Shown: positions 27,471 through 44,018 of the stretch, piece after piece
Numbering within the stretch: the stretch's first letter is position 1
Layout of the letters: the number at the start of each line of letters is the position of its first letter
NCBI RefSeq assembly: GCF_009914755.1
Contig: NC_060945.1
Direction: 5' to 3' (one strand)
Origin: the human T2T-CHM13v2.0 reference genome, Homo sapiens
Length of the DNA: 64,000 nt
Translations under genes and position numbers: made by a program
The notes under the pieces: generated by a model
What the model saw: the letters and a program-made list of their open reading frames with translations, nothing else
What the model was told of the DNA's origin: nothing
Databases searched by the model: none

Positions 27471-27550
27471 GAGTGGCATCAGGATTATAGGAAATTCAGG
27501 GAAACAACTATGTATCTCATAATTGGGCTAGAAAATTTTCAAAGAGAAAG
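27471..27550 (+). CDS. USP25: USP25 internal exon, [26 protein letters not shown](S)
   Basis: Bounded by ttctttcacctacag| and AAG|gtaagg. 80 nt, phase 0-2. Confidence 0.95.
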
Positions 27551-28302
27551 GTAAGGCAAAGTGGACAAATATGAAAAGAGCATAATTTTTGCACTTAATT
27601 CTATTCAGGTGTGACCTCATCCATGGAAAAGATTTTATTCATACTCTGTATTTTTAATAAATGTTTTATTTTAGATCAGTTTTAAATTTACAGAAAAATT
27701 ACACAGTTGATATAGAGACTTCCCATATACCCCACATAAAATATATTTTCCATTTAAAACTCCGTAAGGTTGGCATTAGTGTCTGTGTTTATTAGCTCTC
27801 AAACACTACCCTTGAAGCTGAGTCTGATCTTGATATCAAGTCAGAGATAGTGTTTGCAGTCTGTCTTTGTGAACTTTCAGGTTCTGTAAAAAGTGTAGCT
27901 GTAGAAAATTTTTGTGTACTGTGACTTTAAACAAATTTTGGATTAATTTTCATTTAAATTAAGGATGGTCTTAAAGGAATATCTACTTATTTAATTATAC
28001 TATTATTTTAATTGTTATTAAGAAGAAAGGATACATTTTGCTTTACTTACATTTTAGGTTATTTACTAGTTTGCATGTATTTCTCCACATATTTCTTAAT
28101 GCGTGTTGTTGAACATTAACTTCCCTAGTGATTGTTTTTTGAGAAAATGCTTTATTTTCAATGCAGTGTATATTGCAGCCAAGTAAAAGGGATATTGAAT
28201 TTTTCCTTTCTTTTTTGTTTTATGAAATTTAAGAAGCTCCCACTTAGGTAATGATGCTTCTTTTTCAAAAAAAGAAACAAAGATCAGTGTTTAATTCTGG
28301 AG

Positions 28303-28492
28303 CTATGCTGTCCAACATAGCGGCCACCTGACAAAACTTAAATAACTAAAACTTTTAAAACCAAAGTTCAGTTCATCGGTTACACCGGCCACGTTTCAGT
28401 AGTTCAGTAGCCTCATGTGGTTAGTGGCCTCTATTTTTAGCCAGCACAGAACATTTCCATAATCACAGAAATTTCTATTGGACAGTACTATT
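28303..28492. mobile_element. MER3-type hAT MITE
   Basis: Termini gctgtccaa...ttggacag; ctcatgtggttagtggc. Confidence 0.75.
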
Positions 28493-29255
28493 CTAGAGGA
28501 CAGTACTTTCATTTTTATATTAATAGTTATCAAAATTTTTAGTTATCACACAAAAGGAAAAATTAATGTTTTACTTAACAATTTGTCTTAAGTACTTAAG
28601 TACAAATTATTTAAAGTCCTAGTCATTGTGCTATTTATAAGATAATTTCACTTTAGTCATTGATGTAGAAAACTTACTTTGATCAATACCTCCAATTTAT
28701 GAGTTATGTCAATCAAGATTTTATTTCTTTAATAGGAATATTCAAATGTACTATTAGAATTTATATTTGTGCTGATTTGAGAAAAATAATGTGATCGTAT
28801 AATTCAATAGAGTGAGATATAAAAAGGCATTTCAGTGTTACAGATAAAGAAATCAGACTTCACAGAGATGTAGTAACTTTGTCAAGGTCACACAGCTAAC
28901 TAGGAGAAGAAAAATTAAAATAGAGACCTCGTATTCTTGTATAATTTAATGAAATCATGTAAGTACAAAATGTATTCATTTATCTCAATAAGAATTAAAA
29001 AGATGAAACTGTCACTTTGTACCTATCCGGATAGCTTCTGTATTAGTTGTTCCCAGTTAACATACATTAAAGGAATTTGAGATATAACTTGGAAATATGT
29101 TTAAATATTACAATTTGCTTGTCAGTTTTCAAATACATACTTACTCAGAAAGTTAATATTCTAGTATAGTAAATACTTACCAAATTAGAAGGATTAACTA
29201 GAAAATCAATAATGGTGACAGATATTACTTGTGGAATATCTTTTAAAGAAATATT

Positions 29256-29405
<150 letters not shown>

Positions 29406-29417
29406 AAAGAAATACTG

Positions 29418-29448
<31 letters not shown>

Positions 29449-30506
29449 AAATCTTTAAATATAGCAGTTATTGTAGCTAGCTGTTTGTAAAATATTGCCA
29501 AAAGATTCTGTCAAAATTGTTTTTAATGAAAATGTAAACATTTAAAGGCTTGAATGAAATACTGATGGACCCTTGTGAGTCCTGAGAACAGTGAAGTGAA
29601 ATCATGGTTGCAAGAACCATAATTTTATAGAGTGTACCAGGCTACATGATCTTATTTTATCTTAGATAAGAATATGGTAATTGGACTGCTAAATCTTATT
29701 CTAAATTTATTTGAATATACATTCGTAAGCACTTTAAAGTTTGATAACATATGGAACATTTTGCGTACCTCAGTAGAGAATTGGAACAAGGTCATGGTTT
29801 CAGAGCAATTCTCAAAGAGGTGACTCAGGTCTAGAAAGCCAGATGTCAGTGTCATTCAGGAGAGATCTTCTTAACAGGAAACTCAGTAGCTATAAAGGAA
29901 AAGATAGATGTGCTAGTTACTTATTAATTAACGAACTACTACAACTTAATGTTGTAAAACAACTTTTAATATTATCACTTCCTTCGTTTTTCATAAATAA
30001 CATCTTTAACTGAGAATATGTTTATTAACCTAATATCATTTCAAAATAAAATGTTATACTTAATCTCAAAAACAAATTCCTAGAAAGCCGTTTTCAAAAA
30101 ATGTATAAAATAGACCTATTTACCATGACACCTTCAGGTGTGTAATTTGATTTGCCATGAATGTATACATTAATTTTTAAATAATTTTACATTTAACATT
30201 TGGGATGTGGAATGGATTTATTTTGTATCTAAGTACATGAATTAAGTAATAAACAGTAATTATTGGCAGGAGCGTCTAGAGTTTAAAATTGTGTTTCTTT
30301 ACAATATTTCATTTTTTAAAATATATTTTTCCATATTAATCTGTGAAAAAATATATTAATGAAAAACTGACGCAAAGGAAATATTTTAAAATAATATTTT
30401 TTATTTCAGTTATACAAATACTTGGCTAGATATAGTTTTTATTTTGACATGTTAGAAGGATAGTTTTGAGGTAAAAGTAATTCTTTATTAAATATTTTTT
30501 TCTTCC

Positions 30507-30823
30507 ATTTTTGTTTTGTTTTGTATTTTTGAGTTGGGGTCTTGCTCTGTTGCGCAGGCTGGAATGCAGTGGTATGATCATGGCTCACTACAACCTCTTA
30601 CCTTCTCAGCTCAAGAAGTCCTTCCTCCTCAGCCTCCTGAGTAGCTGGTACTACAGGCATGTACCACGATGCCCAGCTAATTTTTTTTTTTTTAATGTTT
30701 TTGTAGAGATGGGGGTGTCAACTATGTTGGCCAGGCAGGTCTTGAACTTCTGGCCTCAGCTGATCCTGTCACCACCACCTCCCAAAGTATTGGGATTACA
30801 GGCATGAGCGACTGTGCCTGGCC
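30507..30823 (-). mobile_element. AluJ
   Basis: Diverged antisense dimer. Confidence 0.9.
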
Positions 30824-30911
30824 CCTTTTCTTCCCTTTTTAAAACCTAATTTGAATTTCATAATATCTAGACTTACATTAATATAACACATATGCCTAAT
30901 TCTATCACTTC

Positions 30912-31195
30912 TTTTTTTTTTGAGACGGAGTTTTGCTCTTGTTGCCCAGGCTGGAGTGCAGTGGCGTGATCTCAGCTCACCTCACCCTCCACCTCCCGGG
31001 ATTCTGCTACCTCAGCCTGCCGAGTAGCTGGGACTACAGGCATGTGTCACCATGCCCGGCTAATCTTGTATTTTTAGTAGAGGCGGGGTTTCTCCATGTT
31101 GGTCAGGCTGGTCTCGAACTCCCTACGTCAGGTGGTCCGTCTGCCTCAGCCTCCCAAAGTGCTGGGATTACAGGTGTGAGCCGCCGCACCCGGCC
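30912..31195 (-). mobile_element. AluS (Sp/Sq-like) with a small internal deletion
   Basis: gagttttgctcttgttgcccagg; TCTATCA on both sides. Confidence 0.92.
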
Positions 31196-31805
31196 TCTAT
31201 CAGCTTTTTTATGTTTGCAGGCTTTTTGTTTTTGCTTTATTCCACTAGGTTTCCCAGATTTAGAAGAAATCTTTCATTGTCCACTTCCTCTATTTCCTTT
31301 AGATATTCTTATTTCTATTTTTTTTTTACATTTTTCTCAGTAACTAAAACTGTCTGCACATAGAAAAGAACCTGTCTAAGTTGTCATTGAACAAACCAAA
31401 TGATGTTTGTGATCATTTACTTCATATAAATGTGACATTGCGTTAAACAATTAGATTGTTGGCTTTCACATTAGCTCCAATTTTGAGTTTAAATGGAAGA
31501 CATCAGGAAAATAAATACCAAGGAAAACAGAACTATCTGACTTTATCAGTTATTGCCTCTTTTCCCAGATTTTTTCTTAATTTATAGCTCTTCTTTTTTT
31601 ACTTTTAAGATAACTATCTCTGGGTTTCAGATGTTGCTGTTGCTAAAAAGGCGCTCTCAAGCATACACTGCGTCAGATGATATTTTTTATTATAATGTAG
31701 ATTATCAAAACTTAAGCATATACTTAAAATGTTTCATAATTATAGCTGACTTTGTTTCTACAAAGGTGAAATACTAATGTTATATGTTTCTTTTTAATTT
31801 TCAAG

Positions 31806-31929
31806 TTATATAGATTCCTTGCTGTTCCTCATCTGTGCTTATCAGAATAACAAAGAACTCTTGTCTAAAGGCTTATACAGAGGACATGATGAAGAATTGA
31901 TATCACATTATAGAAGAGAATGTTTGCTA
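31806..31929 (+). CDS. USP25: USP25 internal exon, (S)[41 protein letters not shown]
   Basis: Bounded by taattttcaag| and CTA|gtaagt. 124 nt, phase 2-0. Confidence 0.95.
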
Positions 31930-32288
31930 GTAAGTTGAATGCATATAGTATGATCTTATCATTTTGTCTGACATTGGGCAAGTTTTCCAGACTCATATAT
32001 AAGTGATTGACTCCATAAACTCTGAGGGGATAAGAACATGATGATGTCTATAAACTGGTTCTAGTCCCTTCAGATGGAAAAGTACACTCAGTACTTTATT
32101 CTTTTCTCTTTATGAATCCCAAGTACTATAGGTGATAAATGAGAAATGTTCTTAAAATAGCATCAGTTTGTTTACATTTCTGTATTTAGATTTCGTCATC
32201 ACACTACCACTCCTTTTTTTGGTGGGAGAGGAAGGGATGCATAGATAAGCCTTAAAAAATGTTTTATGTAAGTCTATAAGAATATGCA

Positions 32289-32590
32289 GGCTGGCGCAGC
32301 AGCTCATGCCTGTAATCCTAGCACTTTGGAAGGCTGAGGCTGGTGGATCACAAAGTCAGGAGATCGAGACCATCCTGGCCAACGTGGTGAAACCCCATCT
32401 CGACTAAAATACACAAACACAAAAATTAGCTGGATATGGTGGTGTGCGCCTGTAGTCTCAACTACTCAGGAGGCTGAGGCAGGGGAATCGCATGAACCTG
32501 GGAAGTGGAGGTTGCCTTGAGCCAAGATCGCGCCACTGCATTCCATCCTGGCAACCAGGTGACAGAGCAAGACTCTGTCTCAAAAAAACA
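32289..32590 (+). mobile_element. AluS (Sc-like)
   Basis: Sense dimer; TSD AAGAATAT(G/A)CA. Confidence 0.92.
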
Positions 32591-32849
32591 AGAATATACA
32601 TAGAATGTATTAGAGTAATTTGTTTAACTTAAAAAATTGAATTTTCAGGTACAAGAATAGTATAGCTGACTTTAAACATACATAGAACCAAAACCTGATG
32701 GTTCCTCTGAAACCTTCAAAAAATGGTATAATGTTTCTCATCATTTTTTGTAGTAACCCAGCCACATTTGGTTATTTGTTTTACATAGGAATTGAAATGA
32801 AACCTCGTCAAGATTACTTTAGTGTTCCTTTCAGATTTTTTCACGTTGT

Positions 32850-33590
32850 ATATTTACAAAGTGTCAGGTTCTGAGGGATACAAACATGAGTAAGATGTAC
32901 TTCCTGTCCTCAGAAAACTCAGTCTGGTAGGAGACATAATTGTTTGTTCTGGAATAAGTGCCATTATGAGAAATATGCACAATGATATGCCTGAAATATT
33001 TGGGAAGAACCTTAAGAGACAAGGTAAACCTCGTCTGGATCTTGATGGATAAATAGAAGTTTTATTCATGATAGAGAAGGGAGAATATTCCAGTACACAA
33101 CAGAAAATCAAGATAAATTCACTGTGGCTATCCAGGTTATGAGGAAGTGGGGTAAGGTGGAAGTGATGAAGCTGACAATACTTGTCGATGTCAGATGATG
33201 AAGAAACTTAGATGACATTCAAATGAGTTTGCACCAGTGTAAGTTTGATTAGGTTTGGCATAATGAGGTTTGTTTTCAGAAAATAATTCTGGTAATAATA
33301 ATAGCATTCTAGAGGATGAACAGGAAAGAAGTAGATTGAAGTCAAGAACCTTAGAGGGGAAAGTCAAGGGACGGAGAGTGAGGACCTCAACTCATGTAGT
33401 ACGGTAGGTATGATGGTGAAGGAAATGAAATCGGCATGTCATAGCTGTTGGGTGAGTGGGAAGAAGGAAATGGAAGAGTCAAAGCTGCCAAACTTACTAG
33501 TTTTTCGTTTAATATTAGGGAGTCTAATAGGAGGAACAAGGTTGGCTTTGAACATGTTTTATTTAAGAGATTTCCAGGACATTCTTTGAT
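32850..33590. mobile_element. L2 fragment
   Basis: Purine-rich L2-like sequence: ttcctgtcctcagaaaactcagtctggtaggagaca...ggatcttgatggataaatagaagtt. Confidence 0.55.
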
Positions 33591-33782
33591 TCAGTGAACT
33601 TAACATTAAACTTGTCATTAAATTTTATATATCATTTAATGCATACTTCCAAAAATTGTAGTAAATACTTGAAGATTTATCTCATTTTATTCTCTTAACC
33701 CCTATGGTTGGAAGATAAAATACCCTATTATTAATATAAAGAAAGTGAAGCTAACAGATTTAGCTAATCTGTTCACGATTGG

Positions 33783-34152
33783 TGTATTAGTCCGTTCTCA
33801 CACTGCTATAAAGATACTACACAAGACTGGGTAATTTATAAAGGAAAGAGGTTTAACTGACTCACAGTTCCACATGGTTGGGGAGGCCTCAGGAAACTTA
33901 AAATGATGGCGGAAGGTGAAGGGGAAGCAAGGACCTTCATCACATGGTGGCAGGAGAGAGAAGTGCAAGCAGAGGAAATGCCAGATGCTTATGAAACCAT
34001 CAGATCTCATGAGACTCACTCCCTGTCACAAGAACAGCACTGGGGAAACTGTCCCTATGATCTGATCACCTCCCACCAGGTCTCTTCCTCAACACCTGGG
34101 GGTTACAATTCAAGATAAGATTTGGGTGGAGACACAAAGCCTAACCATATCA
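33783..34152 (-). mobile_element. THE1 (THE1C/D-like) MaLR solo LTR
   Basis: tgtattagtccgttctcacactgct...aaccatatca; perfect 5-bp TSD ATTGG at 33778-33782 / 34153-34157. Confidence 0.92.
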
Positions 34153-34405
34153 ATTGGGTAATTGATTCATGGCCAAGTTGGACTTAATAGCACAACCATC
34201 TTTCCAAAATCAAAATAAATTGCATAAGAATTATGTGGTGTAAATCTAAATATATAACTTTTTTTATTTGAAATTCAGCTTAAAAGTCATGTTTATCATG
34301 CTGTAAACATAAGATTTTAAATAAGAACCCTTAAATATTATAGGTCTTATACCTGTATTTATCTCTTATGTTTCTTATTGCATGGATTTCTCTGTTCTAC
34401 TAGAT

Positions 34406-34621
34406 CAGTGATCAGCACACTATGGCTTGTGCTCCACCTACCACTTGTTTTTATAGATAAGTTTTATTGAAACATAGCCATGCACATTCATTTATATATT
34501 GGGTATTATTGTCTTTGTACTACAATGGCAGAGTTGAATAGTTGCAACAGAAACTTCATGGCCTTCAAAGCCTATAATAGTCCTCGTCTGGCCCTTCACA
34601 GAAAAAGTTTGCCAATCCTTG
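34406..34621 (+). mobile_element. MER58A
   Basis: ttttattgaaacatagccatgc...cagagttgaatagttgcaacag...acagaaaaagtttgcc. Confidence 0.85.
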
Positions 34622-35198
34622 TACCAAATTGTAAGCTCCATGAGAGTTTTCTGTATTAATCACTTGAGTGCCCCTGCATCTGCAGAAATTTCTGGCACGT
34701 GGTGTTGACTCTGTAGGAAGTTTTTGAAGGGAAAAGTGAATTGATTACCTTTATATTTCTGTATCAAGGAATACAATAGTATATATTCAGTTGCCATTAA
34801 TGGAGATGAGTTTTTCAAAAATTAATATGGATTCTGAATTTCTTTATTTTTAAAACTATTTTGAGTGCTTATACAATTTTATAATTTGGGGAAGTTAATC
34901 TCTAGAGAAGAAAAAATGGCCCCTGTGTTGATGATCGGCATAAGCCAAACATGACTGAAAAACACAATAATGTTTTCTCCACCGCTGTTGCTTTTGTTTC
35001 TGTTGTTGCCATATGCATAGCTTTTTCTAAAGAGAGATTTTCAGTTCTAGATAGGTTGAGATTGTTTTCTCTAAATACCGTTTGTTCTAATACTGTTTGT
35101 GAACATATTTATGTTGTCTTCCTTATTAATACTTACAGATCCTTAATTTAAAAAGGAAACAAAAACCTATTCTTTTTTTTTTCCTGCATTGCATTAAG

Positions 35199-35394
35199 AA
35201 ATTAAATGAGCAAGCCGCAGAACTCTTCGAATCTGGAGAGGATCGAGAAGTAAACAATGGTTTGATTATCATGAATGAGTTTATTGTCCCATTTTTGCCA
35301 TTATTACTGGTGGATGAAATGGAAGAAAAGGATATACTAGCTGTAGAAGATATGAGAAATCGATGGTGTTCCTACCTTGGTCAAGAAATGGAAC
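35199..35394 (+). CDS. USP25: USP25 penultimate exon, [65 protein letters not shown](P)
   Basis: Bounded by ttttcctgcattgcattaag| and AAC|gtaagt. 196 nt, phase 0-1. Confidence 0.94.
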
Positions 35395-35705
35395 GTAAGT
35401 TTAAACAATGGTAGTAGGCACCTGAGATGTCCGGATTAAATGCAGTTAGAATTAGATGTTATTTATTCTTGCCATTTTTTATATTAAATACAATATTAAG
35501 TATTAATATTTTCACATTCACATGATTACTCTTTTTCCATATTGATGAACTAAGCTGTGTGCATTGCAGTTGCCATTTATGTTTTTGTCTCCCCAAAATG
35601 GCAATTATCTTACCTATTAGAGTAAGTTAATATTAGTAAATCATGTTGACAATGATCGTGTAATAATTTCTATCTTTAGTTAGATTTAATTGTTTGTATT
35701 TGCAG

Positions 35706-35878
35706 CACACCTCCAAGAAAAGCTGACAGATTTTTTGCCAAAACTGCTTGATTGTTCTATGGAGATTAAAAGTTTCCATGAGCCACCGAAGTTACCTTCA
35801 TATTCCACGCATGAACTCTGTGAGCGATTTGCCCGAATCATGTTGTCCCTCAGTCGAACTCCTGCTGATGGAAGATAA
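35706..35878 (+). CDS. USP25: USP25 last coding exon, (P)[56 protein letters not shown]
   Basis: Acceptor tttgtatttgcag|CA, phase 1 matches the previous donor, TAA at 35876-35878. The peptide is the recognisable USP25 C-terminus ending in a tankyrase-binding RxxADG motif. Confidence 0.97.
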
Positions 35879-36041
35879 ACTGCACACTTTCCCTGAACAC
35901 ACTGTATAAACTCTTTTTAGTTCTTAACCCTTGCCTTCCTGTCACAGGGTTTGCTTGTTGCTGCTATAGTTTTTAACTTTTTTTTATTTTAATAACTGCA
36001 AAAGACAAAATGACTATACAGACTTTAGTCAGACTGCAGAC

Positions 36042-36047
36042 AATAAA
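36042..36047 (+). terminator. Candidate proximal polyA signal AATAAA
   Basis: AATAAA 164 nt after the stop; downstream element is weak. Confidence 0.35.
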
Positions 36048-36153
36048 GCTGAAAATCGCATGGCGCTCAGACATTTTAACCGGAACTGATGTATAATCAC
36101 AAATCTAATTGATTTTATTATGGCAAAACTATGCTTTTGCCACCTTCCTGTTG

Positions 36154-36161
36154 CAGTATTA
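36154..36161 (+). promoter_or_regulatory. miR-200b/c/429 8mer seed site CAGTATTA
   Basis: Exact complement of seed AAUACUG plus A1, located in the 3'UTR. Confidence 0.7.
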
Positions 36162-36281
36162 CTTTGCTTTTATCTTTTCTTTCTCAACAGCTTTCCATTC
36201 AGTCTGGATCCTTCCATGACTACAGCCATTTAAGTGTTCAGCACTGTGTACGATACATAATATTTGGTAGCTTGTAAATGA

Positions 36282-36294
36282 AATAAAGAATAAA
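36282..36294 (+). terminator. Tandem polyA signals AATAAA-G-AATAAA
   Basis: Two hexamers with upstream TGTA motifs and downstream tatgtgtttgt. Confidence 0.7.
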
Positions 36295-36858
36295 GTTTTA
36301 TTTATGGCTACCTATGTGTTTGTAAGCAGGTATATTGTATATTAGTGTATTAGTAATACTAGATAAATGAATTTTGTCTGGGGATTAAGATTGGATAGTT
36401 AATAGATTAATACAATCTTTTAATTCTGCTCTAATGCTAGCAAATTGGAAAATGTTTAAGTCTTTGACACTTAAATTTATCTATATTTTTAACAAAGTTC
36501 TTGAACTTAGTATGGCACCGGAACCTGTTTTGAATTCAGTCAGGTTTTTACTCAAGTAAGTGGTTGATTTTTTTTAAGTCAAACTACACTGAAACTTTTA
36601 TCCTTTTCTTAGATTAATCTTACTTTTTAAATGTATTTACAATATACAGCAAGGTGATTATTTCAAGAGAATCCCAAAGTACTTGAATAAGGGCTATTGT
36701 AAAATTTAAAAGAAATATTTATATATACACATATATACACATACACACATGTATATATATATTCTTCATAATGGAGGACAATGTTTTGCAATATATAAAT
36801 CATTCTATTTTTGTAAATTGTATATCACTTTAATTGAAAATGTTCTCTACTAATTAAT

Positions 36859-36866
36859 ACTGTGAA
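36859..36866 (+). promoter_or_regulatory. miR-27 8mer seed site ACTGTGAA
   Basis: Exact 8mer in AU-rich context in the distal 3'UTR. Confidence 0.55.
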
Positions 36867-37762
36867 ACAAAATTGATGTTGTTTAACTAGAAGTTATGAG
36901 TATCTTAACTGCCTTTATTCCTTTTCAAAAAGGAAAAAGCTGTAGAACATTTTGTAGATGAAACTACTGTTTAAGATTAATGAATTAATATTGTGAATGA
37001 AAATCAAAATCCATACTTTAAAGGTAATCATGTTACTAACAACCTATTTTTGAATTCATAAAAATTTCTTTATAAATGATGTTTTGTGAACATAGTAAAA
37101 TAGACCATTATACTATGTGTATGTTTGATACAGCGTCGCCAAAACTAGTGTTCTTTATTAGTGCCTCTCACAAAAGATCCTGGATGGAGGAGTAAGATGA
37201 AATATTATGCTATTATATGATGCTGTTTGTAAAGGTATTAATGTACTAGTAAGGTGTTAATGACAAGGAATTAGTACTATTCCTGTTGTAAAGTTAGATT
37301 TTGCATATTGTATCTATCAAAATATGTTTGGGTTTAGATTTTAAGTTGTCTACTGAGCAGATTTCTGCATTGGTTTTCCAGTCCTGTTAAAAGTTTAGAA
37401 ACTTCATATGTGTCATCACAGCTTTTGTAAAGAAAGTATCCTTAATATTTTATGACATTCTACCACAGTGGTAAAGTTGTTTGTGTTTGTGTATAATTGA
37501 CTGCTGAGATACAAAGTGCCCAAACACTATATGGAAATTATTCCTTCAAAGTCACATCCAGAGAATCATGTCACTCTTGTGCTGAAGGTAAGTATTATAA
37601 TTGTATTTACTATGTACTTAAAAACCAGATTATTTATTCCTAGTAATGAATTTGAAATAACTTATTTAAAGAAAAGTGACCTTTTTCAAGACCTACAGAA
37701 ACAACTTATTTTAATATTGGTTTTTAATCTAATTGTAAGGTTTAGATCATTGAAATTTCTTT

Positions 37763-41271
<3,509 letters not shown>

Positions 41272-41568
41272 TTGAAATTTCTTTATATAATTTACCATGT
41301 TAAATATAACTTATAGCTAATAACTTCGGAATTTGAACCTCATAGAACTGTAGTCCATAGCAGATTTCATTTGATTTAAATGACTCTTATTTTGGTTACT
41401 ATGTTATTCCTTCCTACCCCAAAAAAGTTACGTTTTGAAATAATTCAGGGTAGAATTCATATAGATAGAACTTCAGACATCTCAGGAGACCAGTACGCAT
41501 GAATGAACATGTAGGGACCCCTCTAATACGTTTCACATCCATTATGATACAACAATGACCATACACTT

Positions 41569-41748
41569 TAGTAGTTCTCAGTGTGTGTTCTCCAGATCAG
41601 TAGACAGCTTCAGCAGCTTGGGAACATGTTAGAATTGAAAATTTTTGAGTCCCACCTCAGAGCTGCCAGTTCAGAAACTCTTCACGTAACCTGTGTTACA
41701 ACAAGTCCTTCAGATAATTTTGATGTTTACTAGTTTCAGAGCCACTGC
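41569..41748 (+). mobile_element. MER5A
   Basis: tagttctcag...ttgggaacatgttagaa...tcagaaactc...gagccactg. Confidence 0.75.
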
Positions 41749-42145
41749 ACTAAATGAAACTATTGGTAGCATTTGTGCACTGTAAATTGATGCTGTTTAA
41801 TTTTCATTCACTTGTGCTCTGTTGGAAGCTTTTTTGTGTTTCCTTCACTTGGGATTTCAAGGAAGTATCTAATTTTTTTTTTTTTTTTTTTGCTCAATTA
41901 CATGTAATTGAGAATAAGATAGGTATCTGATTCTCCAAAAGTTCAGCATCTTTATTTTATGATTTAAACTTGTCGAGTTATGCCTCTGGGTCCTGTCATT
42001 CTCCCAGCGAATAAAAATGTGGATGCTTGGGGAAGTGGAGGTGGATGGTAAATGGGAATACTCTTGTTTGAATTTTTAAAAATTTACATTGTAAATAACA
42101 TTAAATACCATTTGTTGTGCCCATGATAACTTCATCCAAAATATA

Positions 42146-42538
42146 TATATTAGTCTGCTAAGATATGCCATAACAAAATAACACAGGCTTGGTGCCTTAA
42201 ACAACAGAAATTTTTCTTCTGGTTCTGGAAGCTGGAAGTCTAAGATCAAGCTGTTGGTGGATTTGATTTCCCCTAAGGCCTCTCTCCTTGGCCTGCAGAC
42301 CACCACCTTCTCTCTGTGTCCTCACCTAGCCTTTTCTCTGTGTCCTCACCTAGCCTTTTCTGTGTGCTGCATCCCTGGCCTCTCTTCCAGTTCTTATAAG
42401 GACCCCAGTCACATTGGATTTGAGCCCCATCCTTATGAACTCACTTAACCTTAATTATCTCTTTAAGGGCCCTGTCTCCAAACACAGTCATGTTAGGGGG
42501 TTAGGGCTTCAATTTATGAATCTGGGGGACAATTTAGT
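42146..42538 (-). mobile_element. MLT1A/B-type MaLR LTR
   Basis: tattagtctgc...ccataacaaaataacacagg...ggttctggaagctggaagtctaagatcaag...ttcttataaggacc. Confidence 0.85.
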
Positions 42539-43677
42539 AAAAAAAATAGTATGTGACAGCCCAGTTTATATACCTGCTTTCCAGAAACAAGAATATGGTT
42601 GTTAATGTCTTCTCTTTAGCCTCAAGATACAGTGCAAATATCTGTAGTTCCGTTCTTACGTAAGCTTTATTTTACTTTTTCTAAAAACTATATTGAAAGT
42701 ATAGCAATCCGAGTTAGAAATTGCTTATAATGCATTCATCTAATCAGCTCAGTGTTCTTACTGAACAAACTTTTATTTCCATGTTTACTCATGTTTATTT
42801 CATCAGTTTCACCTGACATTATACCATGAATATATTTCTGTTTTGCTAGTGTTTTTATTCTTACTGATCACATGTCCCTTTTTCGTCTTCCATACCACTC
42901 CCAGCCTAGAGTTAATGACCACTAACCACCGTAGCCACATACTTTTCCATGTTTGGATAACCTTATGCAGCATATACACCTAAAGGGTGGTGGTTTTTTT
43001 AGGGGGTGGTGGTGGAAGGGGGGAGACGGTCATTGTTTTTACAAAAATTAAATTTCATCTATTTTACACATCCTTTCCCCTGTCTTCCCCTTGTACTTTC
43101 CAACCTTCAGTTTCTTCTTTTTCTAATTAGCTTTGTAGGAGTGACTTAAAATATAATAAAGTGAAATAACATAGCAGTGATAATAATAGAATAAAAATAA
43201 ACGAAACGTGATTGGAGAAACTGCACACATGCACACCAAGATTTCAGATATTCTTATTCCTTCCATGTACAGTTCTCAGTGGGTATTTCAGACCTTCACT
43301 CCCATCCTCAGCCTCTCCTATTCAGTGCCAGCTTCTGTAACGCTGGATGATCTTTTCTTTGCCTAACGAAGAAAACTGGAGATGTTAGGTATGATCCTCC
43401 TTTCAACTTTTGTGCCTCCTATCTAAATTAGTTGTTAACCAGCTTGTAATGAAGGGATAAACATTGATAACCCAATATTATTTAGAAAATAGAAATAGAA
43501 TCAGAATATACTATGAAATGAGCTTACAAATTTCAACAAGTGTCCACTATTTTGGGAGTGTGTTTGCTCTTCTCCAGCAGTAATCCAGAAAGCTCACTTT
43601 TTCCCCCGAGACTATCTCATACAACATGTTTGCCCTGTAGCAAACAGCTCCTTATTTTTTCAGTAATGTAGAGCTAG

Positions 43678-44018
<341 letters not shown>

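Larger units (their letters stand above)
35879..37470 (+). other. USP25: USP25 3'UTR (distal end approximate)
   Basis: Repeat-free AU-rich sequence after the stop. It ends at a GU-rich tract (gttgtttgtgtttgtgt, ~37476-37492) shortly before the L1 at 37763. Confidence 0.7.
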
